Below, one piece after another: positions 37,770 to 48,500 of a stretch of 64,000 nt of DNA. The notes below the pieces were generated by a model. That model saw nothing but the letters and a program-made list of their open reading frames with translations. It did not search any database and was not told the DNA's origin. The stretch lies in the NCBI GenBank assembly GCA_965223505.1, contig CBDCWP010000043.1, positions 64,001 through 128,000 on the forward strand, read 5' to 3'. Both the position numbers and the translations under genes were made by a program. Positions within the stretch are counted from its first letter, which is position 1. Every line of letters starts with the position of its first letter. The stretch comes from Planctomycetota bacterium. GTDB taxonomy: Bacteria > Planctomycetota > PLA2 > JAEUHO01.

Positions 37770-38525
37770 GTGATTTCCAAGAACAACCTGTTCGCAGCGG
37801 CCCTCTGCGCGGCCCTGCTCCTGATCGTGCCCGGCTGCAACGACGAATCCAGCTCCGCGCAGGCCGGCGAGAAGACCGATGCGCCCAAGGACGGCCGCAT
37901 CGCGTTCGACGTCGCCTTCGTCACGCACCTCGACATGGACCTGCCCGAGCAGGACGTGTACATCGAGCGCGAACCGGGCTCGAAGAAGGTCTACCGCGTC
38001 ACCAAGGGCGACAACGACATGAACGCGCCGCTCTACAAGACGGCCGTCGCGGTCAAGCACGACCCCTTCGATCCGAAGGCCGTGGGACCGCATCCCAAGG
38101 GCGAGAAGCTCGGCATCACGCTCGGCCAGTGGCTGCGCCACAAGGGCACCGGCACGTACAAGTACGAGAACGGCACCGGCTACCTGAACCTGAAGTTCAG
38201 CGGGCTCGTCCCGAATGGCGTCTACACCATGTGGCACGCGTTCATGTCGATGCCGCCGACGATTCCGTTCTCCGGCGCTCTCGACATGCCGCTGGGCGCC
38301 CGTGACGGCTCCGAGAGCGTGTTCACCGCCGACGAGAACGGCAACGCCGAGTTCGTACACTCGTTCAAGCCCGGCTTGCAGATGTCGGACCTCTGGACGA
38401 CGTCGCTGCTCGCCATCGCCTACCACTCCGACGGCAAGACCTACGGCGGGATCCCGGGCGAGTTCGGCCTGAACGTGCACGTCCCGCTCTTCATCATGCT
38501 GCCCAAGCGCGCGGGCCTCGAGTAG
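37770..38525 (+). CDS. Hypothetical lipoprotein
   Basis: AAGGAG RBS, GTG start, lipobox IVPGC, typical codon usage. Confidence 0.75.
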   Translation: MISKNNLFAAALCAALLLIVPGCNDESSSAQAGEKTDAPKDGRIAFDVAFVTHLDMDLPEQDVYIEREPGSKKVYRVTKGDNDMNAPLYKTAVAVKHDPFDPKAVGPHPKGEKLGITLGQWLRHKGTGTYKYENGTGYLNLKFSGLVPNGVYTMWHAFMSMPPTIPFSGALDMPLGARDGSESVFTADENGNAEFVHSFKPGLQMSDLWTTSLLAIAYHSDGKTYGGIPGEFGLNVHVPLFIMLPKRAGLE

Positions 38526-38539
38526 CGCGCACTTCGTTC

Positions 38540-38567
38540 GCGCGGCGGCCCAAGCGGGTCGCCGCGC
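38540..38567 (+). terminator. Intercistronic 12-bp hairpin
   Basis: GCGCGGCGGCCC-AAGC-GGGTCGCCGCGC. Confidence 0.5.
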
Positions 38568-38593
38568 ACAACCGTTTTCGCAGGGAGGCCGTC

Positions 38594-40066
38594 ATGCGCC
38601 TTTTGCTCGCCGTCATCGCATTCATCATCACGTCGGTCCTGGTGCCGCTCACCGGGCTCGCATTGCCCGAGACGCCGGAGCCCGTCACCGACGCGGACTT
38701 CTACGAGAACGGCGCACCGTCCGAGGCGAAGGTCGAGCTCGGCCGGATGTTGTTCTTCGACAAGGTGCTCAGCGGCAACCGCAACATCTCGTGCGCGACC
38801 TGTCACCACCCCGACCACGCCTCGGGTGACGCCGTCGCCCTGGGCTTCGGCGAGGGTGCGCAGGGCCTGGGCGGCGATCGCCGCCCGGGCACGACGCTCG
38901 CAGAGACCATTCACGAGCGGGTCCCGCGCAACGCGCCGGCGTTGTTCAACGTGGGCACCCACGAGCACGAGCGCCTGTTCCACGACGGGCGCGTCGAGAC
39001 GGACGAGAAGGGCTACTACGAAGGCGGCTTCATCACGCCCGCCAAGTGGAAGCTCCCCGGCGGTCTGGACAACGTCCTCGCGGCGCAGGCCATGTTCCCG
39101 GTGACCTCGCCGATCGAGATGGCCGGTCAGAAGGGCGAGAACGAGATCGCCGACGCGAAGTCGTTGAACAACGCCGCAGGTCCCGGCGGCGTCTGGGACC
39201 TGCTCGGCAAGCGGCTGCAAGCCATCCCCGAGTACGTCGAGCTGTTTCGGCGCGCCTTCCCCGACAAGGTGGAGACGAAGAGCGACATCACGTACGTGCT
39301 CGCGGCGAACGCCATCGCCGCGTTCGAGACGGTTGCGTTCCGCGCCGACCGGAGCCCCTTCGACCTGTATCTGCGGGGCGAAGGCGAGCTCTCACCACGC
39401 GCACGAGCCGGCATGGACCTCTTCTACGGCAAGGCCGGCTGCGGTGACTGTCACACCGGAAAGTTCCAGACGGACCACGAGTTCCACGGCATCGCGATGC
39501 CGCAGATCGGTCCCGGCAAGGGCGACGGCCGCGACGGCACGTACTGGCGCGCCACCGGCGTGCAGGCGTTCGTCGAGGACTTCGGTCGCGGCCGCGTCAC
39601 CGTACGGCAGGAAGACAACTACCGATTCCGCACGCCATCGCTTCGCAACGTCGAGCTCACCGGTCCGTGGGGCCACGACGGCGCTTACGCGACGCTGGAA
39701 GACGTGGTTCGCCACCACCTCGACCCGGTGCGCTCGCTCGAGCGCTACGAGCTGCCGAAGGGCCTGCTTCCTCCGATCGACCGCGTCGCCGAGCTGACGG
39801 CGACGGGTGACACGATCGAGCACGAGTTCCTGAGCGCGACGCGCTTCCAGGGGTTCCTGAAGCGCGACACCTGGGTGCAGGGCAACGAGAAGCTGCGCGC
39901 GAAGATCGCCGATGCGAACGAGCTGGACCCGGTCGAGCTCACCGACGCCGAAGTCGAAGCGCTGATCGCGTTCCTGAAGAGCCTGACCGATCCGCGCTCG
40001 CGCGATCTGCGCTCTCAGGTCCCCGCACGCGTGCCGAGCGGCCTGCCGGTCGAGGACGAGGAGTAA
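38594..40066 (+). CDS. Di-heme cytochrome c peroxidase / MauG family protein
   Basis: LGRMLFFD...SCATCH, RNAPAL, CGDCH, FRTPSLRNV...PWGHDG. Confidence 0.92.
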   Translation: MRLLLAVIAFIITSVLVPLTGLALPETPEPVTDADFYENGAPSEAKVELGRMLFFDKVLSGNRNISCATCHHPDHASGDAVALGFGEGAQGLGGDRRPGTTLAETIHERVPRNAPALFNVGTHEHERLFHDGRVETDEKGYYEGGFITPAKWKLPGGLDNVLAAQAMFPVTSPIEMAGQKGENEIADAKSLNNAAGPGGVWDLLGKRLQAIPEYVELFRRAFPDKVETKSDITYVLAANAIAAFETVAFRADRSPFDLYLRGEGELSPRARAGMDLFYGKAGCGDCHTGKFQTDHEFHGIAMPQIGPGKGDGRDGTYWRATGVQAFVEDFGRGRVTVRQEDNYRFRTPSLRNVELTGPWGHDGAYATLEDVVRHHLDPVRSLERYELPKGLLPPIDRVAELTATGDTIEHEFLSATRFQGFLKRDTWVQGNEKLRAKIADANELDPVELTDAEVEALIAFLKSLTDPRSRDLRSQVPARVPSGLPVEDEE

Positions 40067-40068
40067 CC

Positions 40069-40809
40069 ATGAACGACCTCGTTCGCACACTGGATCGTCG
40101 CCTCACCGGTTGGCTGGATCGCAACGCCGTGCACGCCCTGCGGGTCGCCATGGGCGTCGTGTTCCTGTGGCTCGGGGCGCTCAAGTTCGTCCCGGGGATG
40201 TCCCCGGCCGAGGGGCTCATCGAGCGAACGGTCGACTGGATCGTGGATCCGGCCTGGTTCCAGCCGGTCCTGGCCGCGTGGGAGAGCGCGATCGGGCTCG
40301 CGCTCGTTGTCAATCGCTTCCGGCGCCTGACGCTGCTGCTGCTGTTCGCCCACATGGCCGGGACGTTCATGCCGTGGATCGCGTGCCCGGAGCTCGTCTG
40401 GACCCAATTCCCGTTCGGATGGACGCTCGAGGGCCAGTACATCCTCAAGAACCTCGTTCTGATCGCGGGCGGGCTCACGATCGCTTCGCGCCTCCCGCGA
40501 ACCGCGAACCGGCTATCCTTGACGGCGTGGGAACGCACACCGACCCCGACCTCACCGCGCTACAAGCCGCGGGCGAAACCGATGCCGAACGCAAGGCGCG
40601 GCTTGGCGATCTTCTCGAGAGGCATCGAGGACGTCTCCTACGGATGGTTCAGCTCCGAATGGATCCGGCCCTCCGGGCGCGGCTCGGTGCGTCGGATGTC
40701 CTACAAGAGGCCTACCTCGAGATCGCCGAGCGTATCGACGACTACCTCGACAACCCACGCATGCCATTCTTCGTTTGGATCCGCTTCATCACGGCGCAAC
40801 GCCTCCTGA
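40069..40809 (+). CDS. DoxX/YkgB-like membrane protein; true end probably near 40520
   Basis: LRVAMGVVFLWLGALKF, TLEGQYILKNLVL. The tail beyond about 40500 overlaps the sigma gene. Confidence 0.75.
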   Translation: MNDLVRTLDRRLTGWLDRNAVHALRVAMGVVFLWLGALKFVPGMSPAEGLIERTVDWIVDPAWFQPVLAAWESAIGLALVVNRFRRLTLLLLFAHMAGTFMPWIACPELVWTQFPFGWTLEGQYILKNLVLIAGGLTIASRLPRTANRLSLTAWERTPTPTSPRYKPRAKPMPNARRGLAIFSRGIEDVSYGWFSSEWIRPSGRGSVRRMSYKRPTSRSPSVSTTTSTTHACHSSFGSASSRRNAS

Positions 40810-41177
40810 AGCTGTACCGCTTTCACGTCGGCGCGCAGAAGCGCGACGCGAGGCGCGAGGTCGCGCACGGGGCCGCCGGCCCCGCGGCGACCTCGATCGC
40901 CCTGGTGGATCACCTCATGGCCTCCGGAATCACTCCCAGCGTCGTCGCCGCCGAAGGGGAGCTGCGCGCACGTCTCATGGAGGCGCTCGAGGAGATGAAC
41001 GAGCTCGACCGGGAGGTGCTCGTCCTGCGCCACTTCGAAGAGATGAGCAACGTCGAAGCGGCGAAGGCGCTCGACATCGAGACGAACACCGCCAGCAAGC
41101 GCTACGTACGCGCCCTCCAGCGGCTCGCACAGGTGCTCAAGAACGCCGGCGCCGACCCGGGCTCGATCATCTCTTGA
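40527..41177 (+). CDS. Planctomycete-type ECF sigma-70 factor
   Basis: RLLRMVQLRMDPALRARLGASDVLQEA, HVGAQKRDARRE, DREVLVLRHFEEMSN, SKRYVRAL. Confidence 0.9.
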   Translation: MGTHTDPDLTALQAAGETDAERKARLGDLLERHRGRLLRMVQLRMDPALRARLGASDVLQEAYLEIAERIDDYLDNPRMPFFVWIRFITAQRLLKLYRFHVGAQKRDARREVAHGAAGPAATSIALVDHLMASGITPSVVAAEGELRARLMEALEEMNELDREVLVLRHFEEMSNVEAAKALDIETNTASKRYVRALQRLAQVLKNAGADPGSIIS

Positions 41178-44100
41178 ATACCGGCACGTTCTCCATCGCG
41201 CGCTCGCGTTGATCGTCCGTCATCGAATCGAGCAGCGCGTCGGTTTCGCATCGCGCCGCTTCGATCAAGGCATCTTCCTTCGTGCGGCGTGCCAGCGTCG
41301 CCGCGGCGCGCAACCTGAGGAGGGCCGGCATGTTCGCGCCGTGTTTCTCGAGCTCCAGCCGCGCATGCAGGAGGCTCTCCCCGGGAAGCAGCTCCAGCCA
41401 GAAACGGCACAACGCCGCGATGCCGGGCATGCCGCCCGGCTCCGCCAGGCGTCGTACGTCATCGAGCAGTGTTCGCGCGCGCTCCTCGTTGCCCTGGTGC
41501 GCGTGCAGCGCGCCGAGCTGGAGGTCGTCGATCAGGCTCAGATACCGGATGGTCTCGCGGCTTTCGTCGGCCAAGCCCTCCAGGGCCGCGATCGCCTCCT
41601 CGAAGCGATCCTGCGTCTCGTGCATCAGGCCGGCCGCCCAACGCAGGGAGTGGCCCACCCGCCGCATCTGCGTCTCCTCCGCGAACGGCAGCGCCTGCTC
41701 GAGGACAGCGGCCGCTTCGTCGCATCCGCCCGTCCAGCTGTGAACGCTCGCTAGCGCGACGGCGCGGCGCACCTGGAGCACCGGGGTGGGCATCTCGTCG
41801 ATCAGCACGCCCGCTTCGTGCAGCGTTTTCAGCGCGTCGGCGAACTTGCCCTGCTGGACGTAGATCTCGCCCAGCGACAGCACCGAGCGAGCGTGGATCT
41901 CGCCGTACTCGAGCGACCCCGCAACGGAGCGCGCATGACGCGCCTGTTCGGCGGCGGCCTCGAAGTCGCCGGTGAACGGAATCGCCTGTGCGAGATTGAC
42001 GGACGTGATGGTCTCGGTGCGCGTCTGACCAAGCTCGTGGGCGATCTCGAGCACGTTGCGGAACAGCCTCACACCGTCGCCGATGCGGCACTCGTGAAAG
42101 GCGATGGTCGCCAGCGAGCTCAGCGCGGCGTTCTCGAGGTCGCGTTCGCCGTAGACGTGGGCGATCGAAACCGAGCGATCCAGCAGCGCTCTTCCTTCGG
42201 TCAGATTCCCCGCATCCACCTCGAAGGCGCCGGCGAAGAACGACAGGATGCCGACCGCGTTCGACTCCCCGAGCGCCTCCGCGTACTCCAGACCCTGTCG
42301 GGCGGCCTCGCGCGCCTCGTCGAGGCGTCCCATGTCGCGCAGCAGCCTCGAACGCTGGCCGTGAAGCTCAGCCGTCAGCTGTGCGTCGCCCAGCGCTTCG
42401 CAGTCGTGCAAGACGTTCTCGACGCGCGCGAACGCCGACTCGATCTCACCGGTCTCGCGTTCGCAGTCCACGAGCTGCACCAGGACCCGCATCGCGAGGT
42501 GTGCGTCCGGGATCGATTGCGCGGCCGCGTACGCCTTCTCGAAGTACGCCAGCGCGTCGGCCGGCGAGCCGTGCGCGACGAGCGCGGTGCCATGAGCCAA
42601 GAGCACGTTGGCACGCACACTCGGGGGCACGCGGTCCTCGAACGCCTCGATGCATTCCGCGATCTCGACGGAGCGTCGCGACTCGTGATTTCGCGTCGTG
42701 TACGCGAGCGCATCGATCGCGTACGGAATGGCACGCGCGGCGTCTTCCCCGCGCAGGTGGTGCCGCGTGATCGCGAACGCGACGTGTCCCGGCACGGGCT
42801 CGTTCTCTTCCAGCCGCGACTCCATTGCGTCGCCGAGTGCGGTGTGGTATGCCGCCCGAAGCGCGGGCGGCAGATCGTCGTGCAGCTGCTCCTGCACCAG
42901 CCGCTGGCGGAAGCGGTAGCGGTCGGCGACGGCTTCGAGCAGCCGGTGCTCGCGATCGAGCGCATGCAGCATGCGTAGGCCTTTCAGCCTCGGGATCTGC
43001 GCCGCCGTGATCACGAGGTCCGGGTCGAAGAGGTCGCCGCTACACGCCGCGGCCGAGAGCAGCTCGCGCGCGTCCGGCGGCAACGCAGCGACGCGTGCGT
43101 CGAGCAACGCGCCCAGCGAGTCCGGAATCCCGGGGCGTGTTCCCACGGTCGTCGCGCCGGCGGTCGTCCGTTCCAGCTCGCGGCACAGCTCGATCAGGAA
43201 GTGCGGATTGCCGCCGGATCGCCGAACGAGATCGCGGACGGCGTTGGCGTCGGACGTGACGCCCTGGATCACGTGCTGGACGAGCGCGAAGGCCGACTCG
43301 CGGTCGAGCGGGGGGAGCATCATGCGCGTCGTGTCTTCGATCCGCGCGAGCCCCTCTGCGAGCGCCGGGTGGAGCGGGGTCCGCGTTGTCGCCAGAAGCA
43401 GGACCGGCGTGCGGGCGATCCCCCGCGCGAGCTCGAGGAACGCCTGCGTGCCGTTCTCCGAGAGGTAGTGCAGATCCTCCATCACGACGATCAGGCCCTC
43501 GTCACGCGCCAGGTCTTCGAGCAGACGCGCGTAGGCGCGGTCGCGTGTGGCCGAGGGAAGCCCGAGTGCCCCCTCCTCTTCACCCCGCAAGTGCGTCAGC
43601 ACGGCGTCCACGAGCTCGTCGTTCGAGCCGACGGCGTCGCGCACGCGGGACTCGAGCGCGTTGCAGCCGATGTGTTCCGTGAGCGCCGCCGCGAACGGGG
43701 CGGCCGCGCCCGGCGCATGCGTACCCGCGCGCTCGACGAAGAGGACCGGCGGCAGCGTCCCGCGCTGGTGCCCGCGTCCGAGCCACGCGGAAACGAGATG
43801 ACTCTTGCCGATGCCCGGATCGCCCTCGATCACGAACGGTCCGCCGACGCCGTCGCGTGACGACTGCGCGGCGTCGTCGAGCCGCTCGAAGGCGTCCCGG
43901 CGTCCAAAGGTCTCGAGCGCGTGCTTGCGCCTTCGTGCCGCGGGGCCCAGCTCGCGGCGATCTGCGTGCGAACGCCACCACGCCGACGACTCTCCCTCGG
44001 TGAGCAGCGTGGCGACGGTCTCGGCGTCCGGGGGCCGCTTGCGCGGATCGATCGAGATCAGCGAGCGCACGAGCGCGTCGAGGAACGGGCTGGCGTGCGG

Positions 44101-44997
44101 CGCGTCGTCGAGCAACGAGATCTCGCTCTCCGGCTTGCGCAGGATCGGTATGCGTCCTGTCGCCGGATCCGCGTGCGCGTTGCGCGCGGTCATGAGCTCG
44201 AACAGCAGGAGTCCCAGCGCGTACAGATCGGCGGCCGGCGTGACGTCGTCGCCGCTGATCTGTTCGGGTGCCGCGTACAGCAGCGAACCGACGAACTCGC
44301 CGGTCGCCGTCAAGCGCATGGCGTCCTCTTGCAGCGCCGCGACACCCAGGTCCATGAGCTTGACCGTCTCGTTTTCCGTGATGACGACGTTCTCGGGCTT
44401 GATGTCGCGGTGCACCATGCCGGCCGCGTGGATCGCGGCCAGGCCCCGCGCGACGTTCGCCCCGATGACGCGGCACAATCGCTCCGACAGCGGCGAGACT
44501 TCGTCCAGGAGCTCGCGCAGGTTCTGCCCTTCGACGAACTCGAGCGCGAGGTACGGCGTCTCGATGCCGTCCTGCTCGGCGATGCCGGAGCCCAGCGTGC
44601 GCACGACTCGCGGCGAGTCGAGACGCACGCCCGCCTCGACCTCGCGAAAGAAGCGTGCCAGGTAGCCCGGTCGCTGAACGAGGTGCGGATGCACCACCTT
44701 GAGCGCGACCCGCTCGCCCGAGGCGTCGAGGGCCTCGTAGACGCGGCCCATGCCGCCGCGGCCCAGCTCGCGCACGATGCGATAGGGGCCGATGGCGTCT
44801 CCCGCCCGCTCGTCCCCGCTTCCAGAGGAGCTCTTCATGCCCTCCATGACCGCGAGCACCGGAAAGAGCTCGCGAATCGCGTCGGCCAGCGCCGGATGGC
44901 GCCGGGCGTACTCTTCGACCTGCACCGGCTCGCCCCGGCGGATGCGATCGACGTACTGCTCCGCGAGCTGGTCGAGTTCGGCCGACGTACCATCCAT
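41167..44997 (-). CDS. Ser/Thr protein kinase + AAA/STAND ATPase + TPR protein
   Basis: N-terminal RRGEPVQVEEYARRHP, LGRGGMG, VALK, HRDIKPEN, DLG, Walker A GDPGIGKS, Walker B VMEDLH, GGNPHF, TPR tail. Confidence 0.9.
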   Translation of the reverse strand: MDGTSAELDQLAEQYVDRIRRGEPVQVEEYARRHPALADAIRELFPVLAVMEGMKSSSGSGDERAGDAIGPYRIVRELGRGGMGRVYEALDASGERVALKVVHPHLVQRPGYLARFFREVEAGVRLDSPRVVRTLGSGIAEQDGIETPYLALEFVEGQNLRELLDEVSPLSERLCRVIGANVARGLAAIHAAGMVHRDIKPENVVITENETVKLMDLGVAALQEDAMRLTATGEFVGSLLYAAPEQISGDDVTPAADLYALGLLLFELMTARNAHADPATGRIPILRKPESEISLLDDAPHASPFLDALVRSLISIDPRKRPPDAETVATLLTEGESSAWWRSHADRRELGPAARRRKHALETFGRRDAFERLDDAAQSSRDGVGGPFVIEGDPGIGKSHLVSAWLGRGHQRGTLPPVLFVERAGTHAPGAAAPFAAALTEHIGCNALESRVRDAVGSNDELVDAVLTHLRGEEEGALGLPSATRDRAYARLLEDLARDEGLIVVMEDLHYLSENGTQAFLELARGIARTPVLLLATTRTPLHPALAEGLARIEDTTRMMLPPLDRESAFALVQHVIQGVTSDANAVRDLVRRSGGNPHFLIELCRELERTTAGATTVGTRPGIPDSLGALLDARVAALPPDARELLSAAACSGDLFDPDLVITAAQIPRLKGLRMLHALDREHRLLEAVADRYRFRQRLVQEQLHDDLPPALRAAYHTALGDAMESRLEENEPVPGHVAFAITRHHLRGEDAARAIPYAIDALAYTTRNHESRRSVEIAECIEAFEDRVPPSVRANVLLAHGTALVAHGSPADALAYFEKAYAAAQSIPDAHLAMRVLVQLVDCERETGEIESAFARVENVLHDCEALGDAQLTAELHGQRSRLLRDMGRLDEAREAARQGLEYAEALGESNAVGILSFFAGAFEVDAGNLTEGRALLDRSVSIAHVYGERDLENAALSSLATIAFHECRIGDGVRLFRNVLEIAHELGQTRTETITSVNLAQAIPFTGDFEAAAEQARHARSVAGSLEYGEIHARSVLSLGEIYVQQGKFADALKTLHEAGVLIDEMPTPVLQVRRAVALASVHSWTGGCDEAAAVLEQALPFAEETQMRRVGHSLRWAAGLMHETQDRFEEAIAALEGLADESRETIRYLSLIDDLQLGALHAHQGNEERARTLLDDVRRLAEPGGMPGIAALCRFWLELLPGESLLHARLELEKHGANMPALLRLRAAATLARRTKEDALIEAARCETDALLDSMTDDQRERAMENVPVFKR

Positions 44998-45066
44998 CGT
45001 CAGCGGACGATACACGGCGGCGCAATCCGCCGTCGAGGCCGTTACGATCCCCTGTGTGGAGGGTGA

Positions 45067-45555
45067 ATGAAGACGCTCCTGGTGCTGCGCCACGCGAAGT
45101 CGAGCTGGAAGCACGTGGGCCTGACGGACCACGACCGGCCGCTCAACAAGCGCGGGAAACGGGATGCGCCCCGGATGGGCGCGCTCATGGCCGACGAGGA
45201 CATCGTTCCCGATCTCATCCTCAGCTCGACCGCCAAACGCGCGCGAACCACGGCGCGCCGCGCCGCCGCGGCCGCGGGCTACGAGGGCGAGATCGAGCTG
45301 CGCGAAGATCTGTATCACGCCGCGCCGAGCGACTACATCGACGCCGTCGCGGCGGTCTCCGAGGCCGTCCAGCGGGTGATGGTCGTGGGGCACAACCCCG
45401 GCATGGAGTCGCTCGTCGAGGTGCTCACCGGGCACGTCGGTCACTTTCCGACCGCGGCGCTGGCGTGGATCGAGCTCGACATCGACGAGTGGCCGCGCAT
45501 CTACGACGGCGGCGGGCGCCTCGTGCAGCTCTGGCGGCCGCGCGAGCTGCACTGA
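45067..45555 (+). CDS. sixA: SixA-like histidine phosphatase
   Basis: LRHAKS, DHDRPLNKRG, VVGHNPG. GGAGG RBS. Confidence 0.88.
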   Translation: MKTLLVLRHAKSSWKHVGLTDHDRPLNKRGKRDAPRMGALMADEDIVPDLILSSTAKRARTTARRAAAAAGYEGEIELREDLYHAAPSDYIDAVAAVSEAVQRVMVVGHNPGMESLVEVLTGHVGHFPTAALAWIELDIDEWPRIYDGGGRLVQLWRPRELH

Positions 45556-45560
45556 CGGCG

Positions 45561-48500
45561 CTACTTCGGCGGCGACCAGACCGGCAAGCGGCTGGGCGTG
45601 AACGGCGCGCCGCTCTGCTCGACCGTGGTCTCGAACGCGACCAGCGCGTCGATCAACGCGCGTACGTCGGCCAGGACCCGCGCGAACATCGGTTCCGTCT
45701 TCGCCAGCATGTCGCGCTGCGTCTTCGTTGGTGCGGACGTAACGCGCAACCCGCTACCGGCAAGGTCGTTCGCCCACTCCTGAATGCTCCTGGGACTACC
45801 GGTACTGCGCGACCGCAGGGTCCGATCGCCCGTCAACAGCGTCTTGATCCGCGTGAGCTCGTCTTGGAGGTCTTCCAGCGCCTTGATCTGGGCGTCCTCC
45901 GTCGCCGGCGTGTCGATCAACGCCTTGCGCAGGTGGTCGATGCGCGTCTGCGCCTCGCCGATCACGCGCACCGTCCCCGATGCCGCGCGCTGCAAGCCCG
46001 CCGCCCTGCGCTGGAACGCCAGCGCCGCGGCCTTGTCGTCGGCCGGAAACGTCGCGAGCTCCAAGGGGACGACGTCGAATGTCTGCGGCGCCGCGAGCGG
46101 CGTGACGATCCCGTCCACCAGCTTCACCAGCTCGACGGCGTAGGTGCCCGGCAGCGCCAGCGGGCCGATCGGAGCGCGGCGCCACGGTGACCCGTTCGGG
46201 TCGGGGCCGATGCGCGTCGGCTGCACCGAGGGGTACCGCAGATTCCACGCGACACGGTGGAAGCCGCGGTTGCGCGATCCCTTCACGCGTTGCACGACCG
46301 CGCCGGTGTCGTCGCGCACGATCAAGAACACCGCCGGCTCCTTCTCGGCGTCCTCCGCACGCAGCTCCTCGTACGTCGGATAAGGCGAGTTCTCGCCCTT
46401 CTTGCGCGCCTCCTTCTCGCGCTTGCGGCGCTCTTCCTTGCGCGAGCGCAGCTTGTCCTCGAGGTAGTACGTGAAGACGGCGCCGAACTCGGGATTGGGC
46501 GCCGCGTAGTAGCTCGCGCCTTGTGAGCCCTTGCCGTTGTTGCCGCCGAGGCGGCTACGCTCGACGTACTGAAGCGCGTCCTTGACGGGGAAGAGCGCGT
46601 CCTCGCTCTCCAGCATCTCGCGGGTCACGTGCCGGAGCGGCGTGTAGTCGTCGAGGATGTAGAAGCCGCGGCCGAACGTGCCGAGCACGAGGTCGTTCTC
46701 GCGCCGTTGGATCGCCATGTCCCGCACCGCGATCGTCGGCACACCGGCCTTCAGCCGCACCCAGTGACCGCCGCCGTCGATGCTGAAATAGACGCCGAAC
46801 TCGGTGCCGGCGAACAACAGATCCGGCTTCACGTGATCCTGCAGGATCGACAACACGACGTCGCGCTTCGGGAGGTTGCTCGCGATCGACGTCCAGGTCT
46901 TGCCGCGATCGGTGCTCTTGAACAGGTACGGCGTGAAGTCGCCTTGCTTGTGGTTGTCGAACGCCGCGTACACGGTGTCGCCGTCGGTGGGGGAGGCGGT
47001 CAGGCAGCTCACGTACGTGAGCTCGGGCACGCCCTCGAACGACTCGATCTTGCGCCACGTCGTCCCTCCGTCCTCGGTGATCTGCACCAGGCCGTCGTCC
47101 GTGCCGACGTACAGCAGGTTCTCGACGATCGGCGACTCGTCGAGCGACACGCAGTTGCCGTATTGCGAGGTCGAGTTGTCCTTCGCGACGGCATCGACGC
47201 TTTGGATCTTGCCCATGACTTCGAGCTGGTTCCGGTCGAGGTTGCGGGTCAGCTCTCCGCTCACGAGACGCCAGCTGTTGCCGCGGTCGTCCGACCGGAA
47301 CAGCTTGTTCGCCGCGAAGTACAGTCGCTTGTGGTCGTGCTCGCTCAGGATGAACGGGCTGTCCCAGTTCCAACGCAGCGGCGGGTCCCCGGGATCCTCG
47401 CGCGGCTTGATGTCGACGCGCTCGCCGCTTCGACGGTCGTGTCGCACGAGGCCGCCGTACTGCCATTGGCTGTAGACGATGTTCGGGTCGTGTGGATCGA
47501 CGCGCGTCTCGTAGCCGTCGCCGCCTACGGTGATGAACCAGTCGGCGTTGGTGATGCCGGCGCGGTCGGTCGTGCGATGCGGACCGCCCTGCGAGTTGTT
47601 GTCCTGGGTGCCGCCGTACACGTAATAGAAGGGCCGCGAGTCGTCGACGCTCACGCGATAGAACTGCGTCACCGGCAGATTCGTCTTGAAGTGCCAGTTC
47701 TTGGCGAGATCCCAGCTCTCGTACACGCCGCCGTCGCTGCCGACGAGCAGGTGGTCGGTGTCGTCCGGGTCGATCCACAGCGCGTGGTCGTCGACGTGGC
47801 GGTTCTTCCGGGGCACGCGTTGAAACGTCTTGCCGCCGTCGTTCGTGACCTGAAGGAACGTCTGCAGCGCGTACACCCGGTCGACGTTCACGGGATCGCA
47901 GACGATCTCGTTGTAGTACTGCGCGCCCGGCGGTACGTAGCTTCCCGGCTTGGTCCAGGTCTCGCCCCGATTGTCGCTGCGGAAGAAGCCGCTCTTGCCC
48001 ATCGCCGCTTCGACGACGGCGTAGACGACGTCCGGGTTCGCCGGTGAGACGGCGAGCCCGATGCGGCCCTTGTCGACGCCAGGCAGTCCCTTCTCGATCT
48101 TGCGCCAGGTCGCGCCCGCGTCTTCGGACTTGTAAATCGTCGACTCCGGGCCGCCGTTGATCAGCGTCCAGGTGTGACGCCGGCGCTGGTAGGACGACGC
48201 GTACAGGACGTCCGGATTGCGCGGATCGATGTGCACCTCGTTGATGCCCGTCTCGTCGCTCACGTGCAGGATGCGCGTCCAGGTCGCGCCGCCGTCGGTC
48301 GTCTTGTAGAGCCCTCGGTCGCCCCCCGACCGCCACAGCGGGCCCTGCGACGCGACGTACACCGTGTTCGAGTCGCGCGGATCGACCGTGATCATCCCGA
48401 TGTGCTCGGACTCCGGCAGGCCCATGTTCTTCCAGCTTCGACCGCCGTCGCGCGAACGGTAGACCCCGTCGCCGAACGAGACGCTGCGTTGCGAGTTGTT

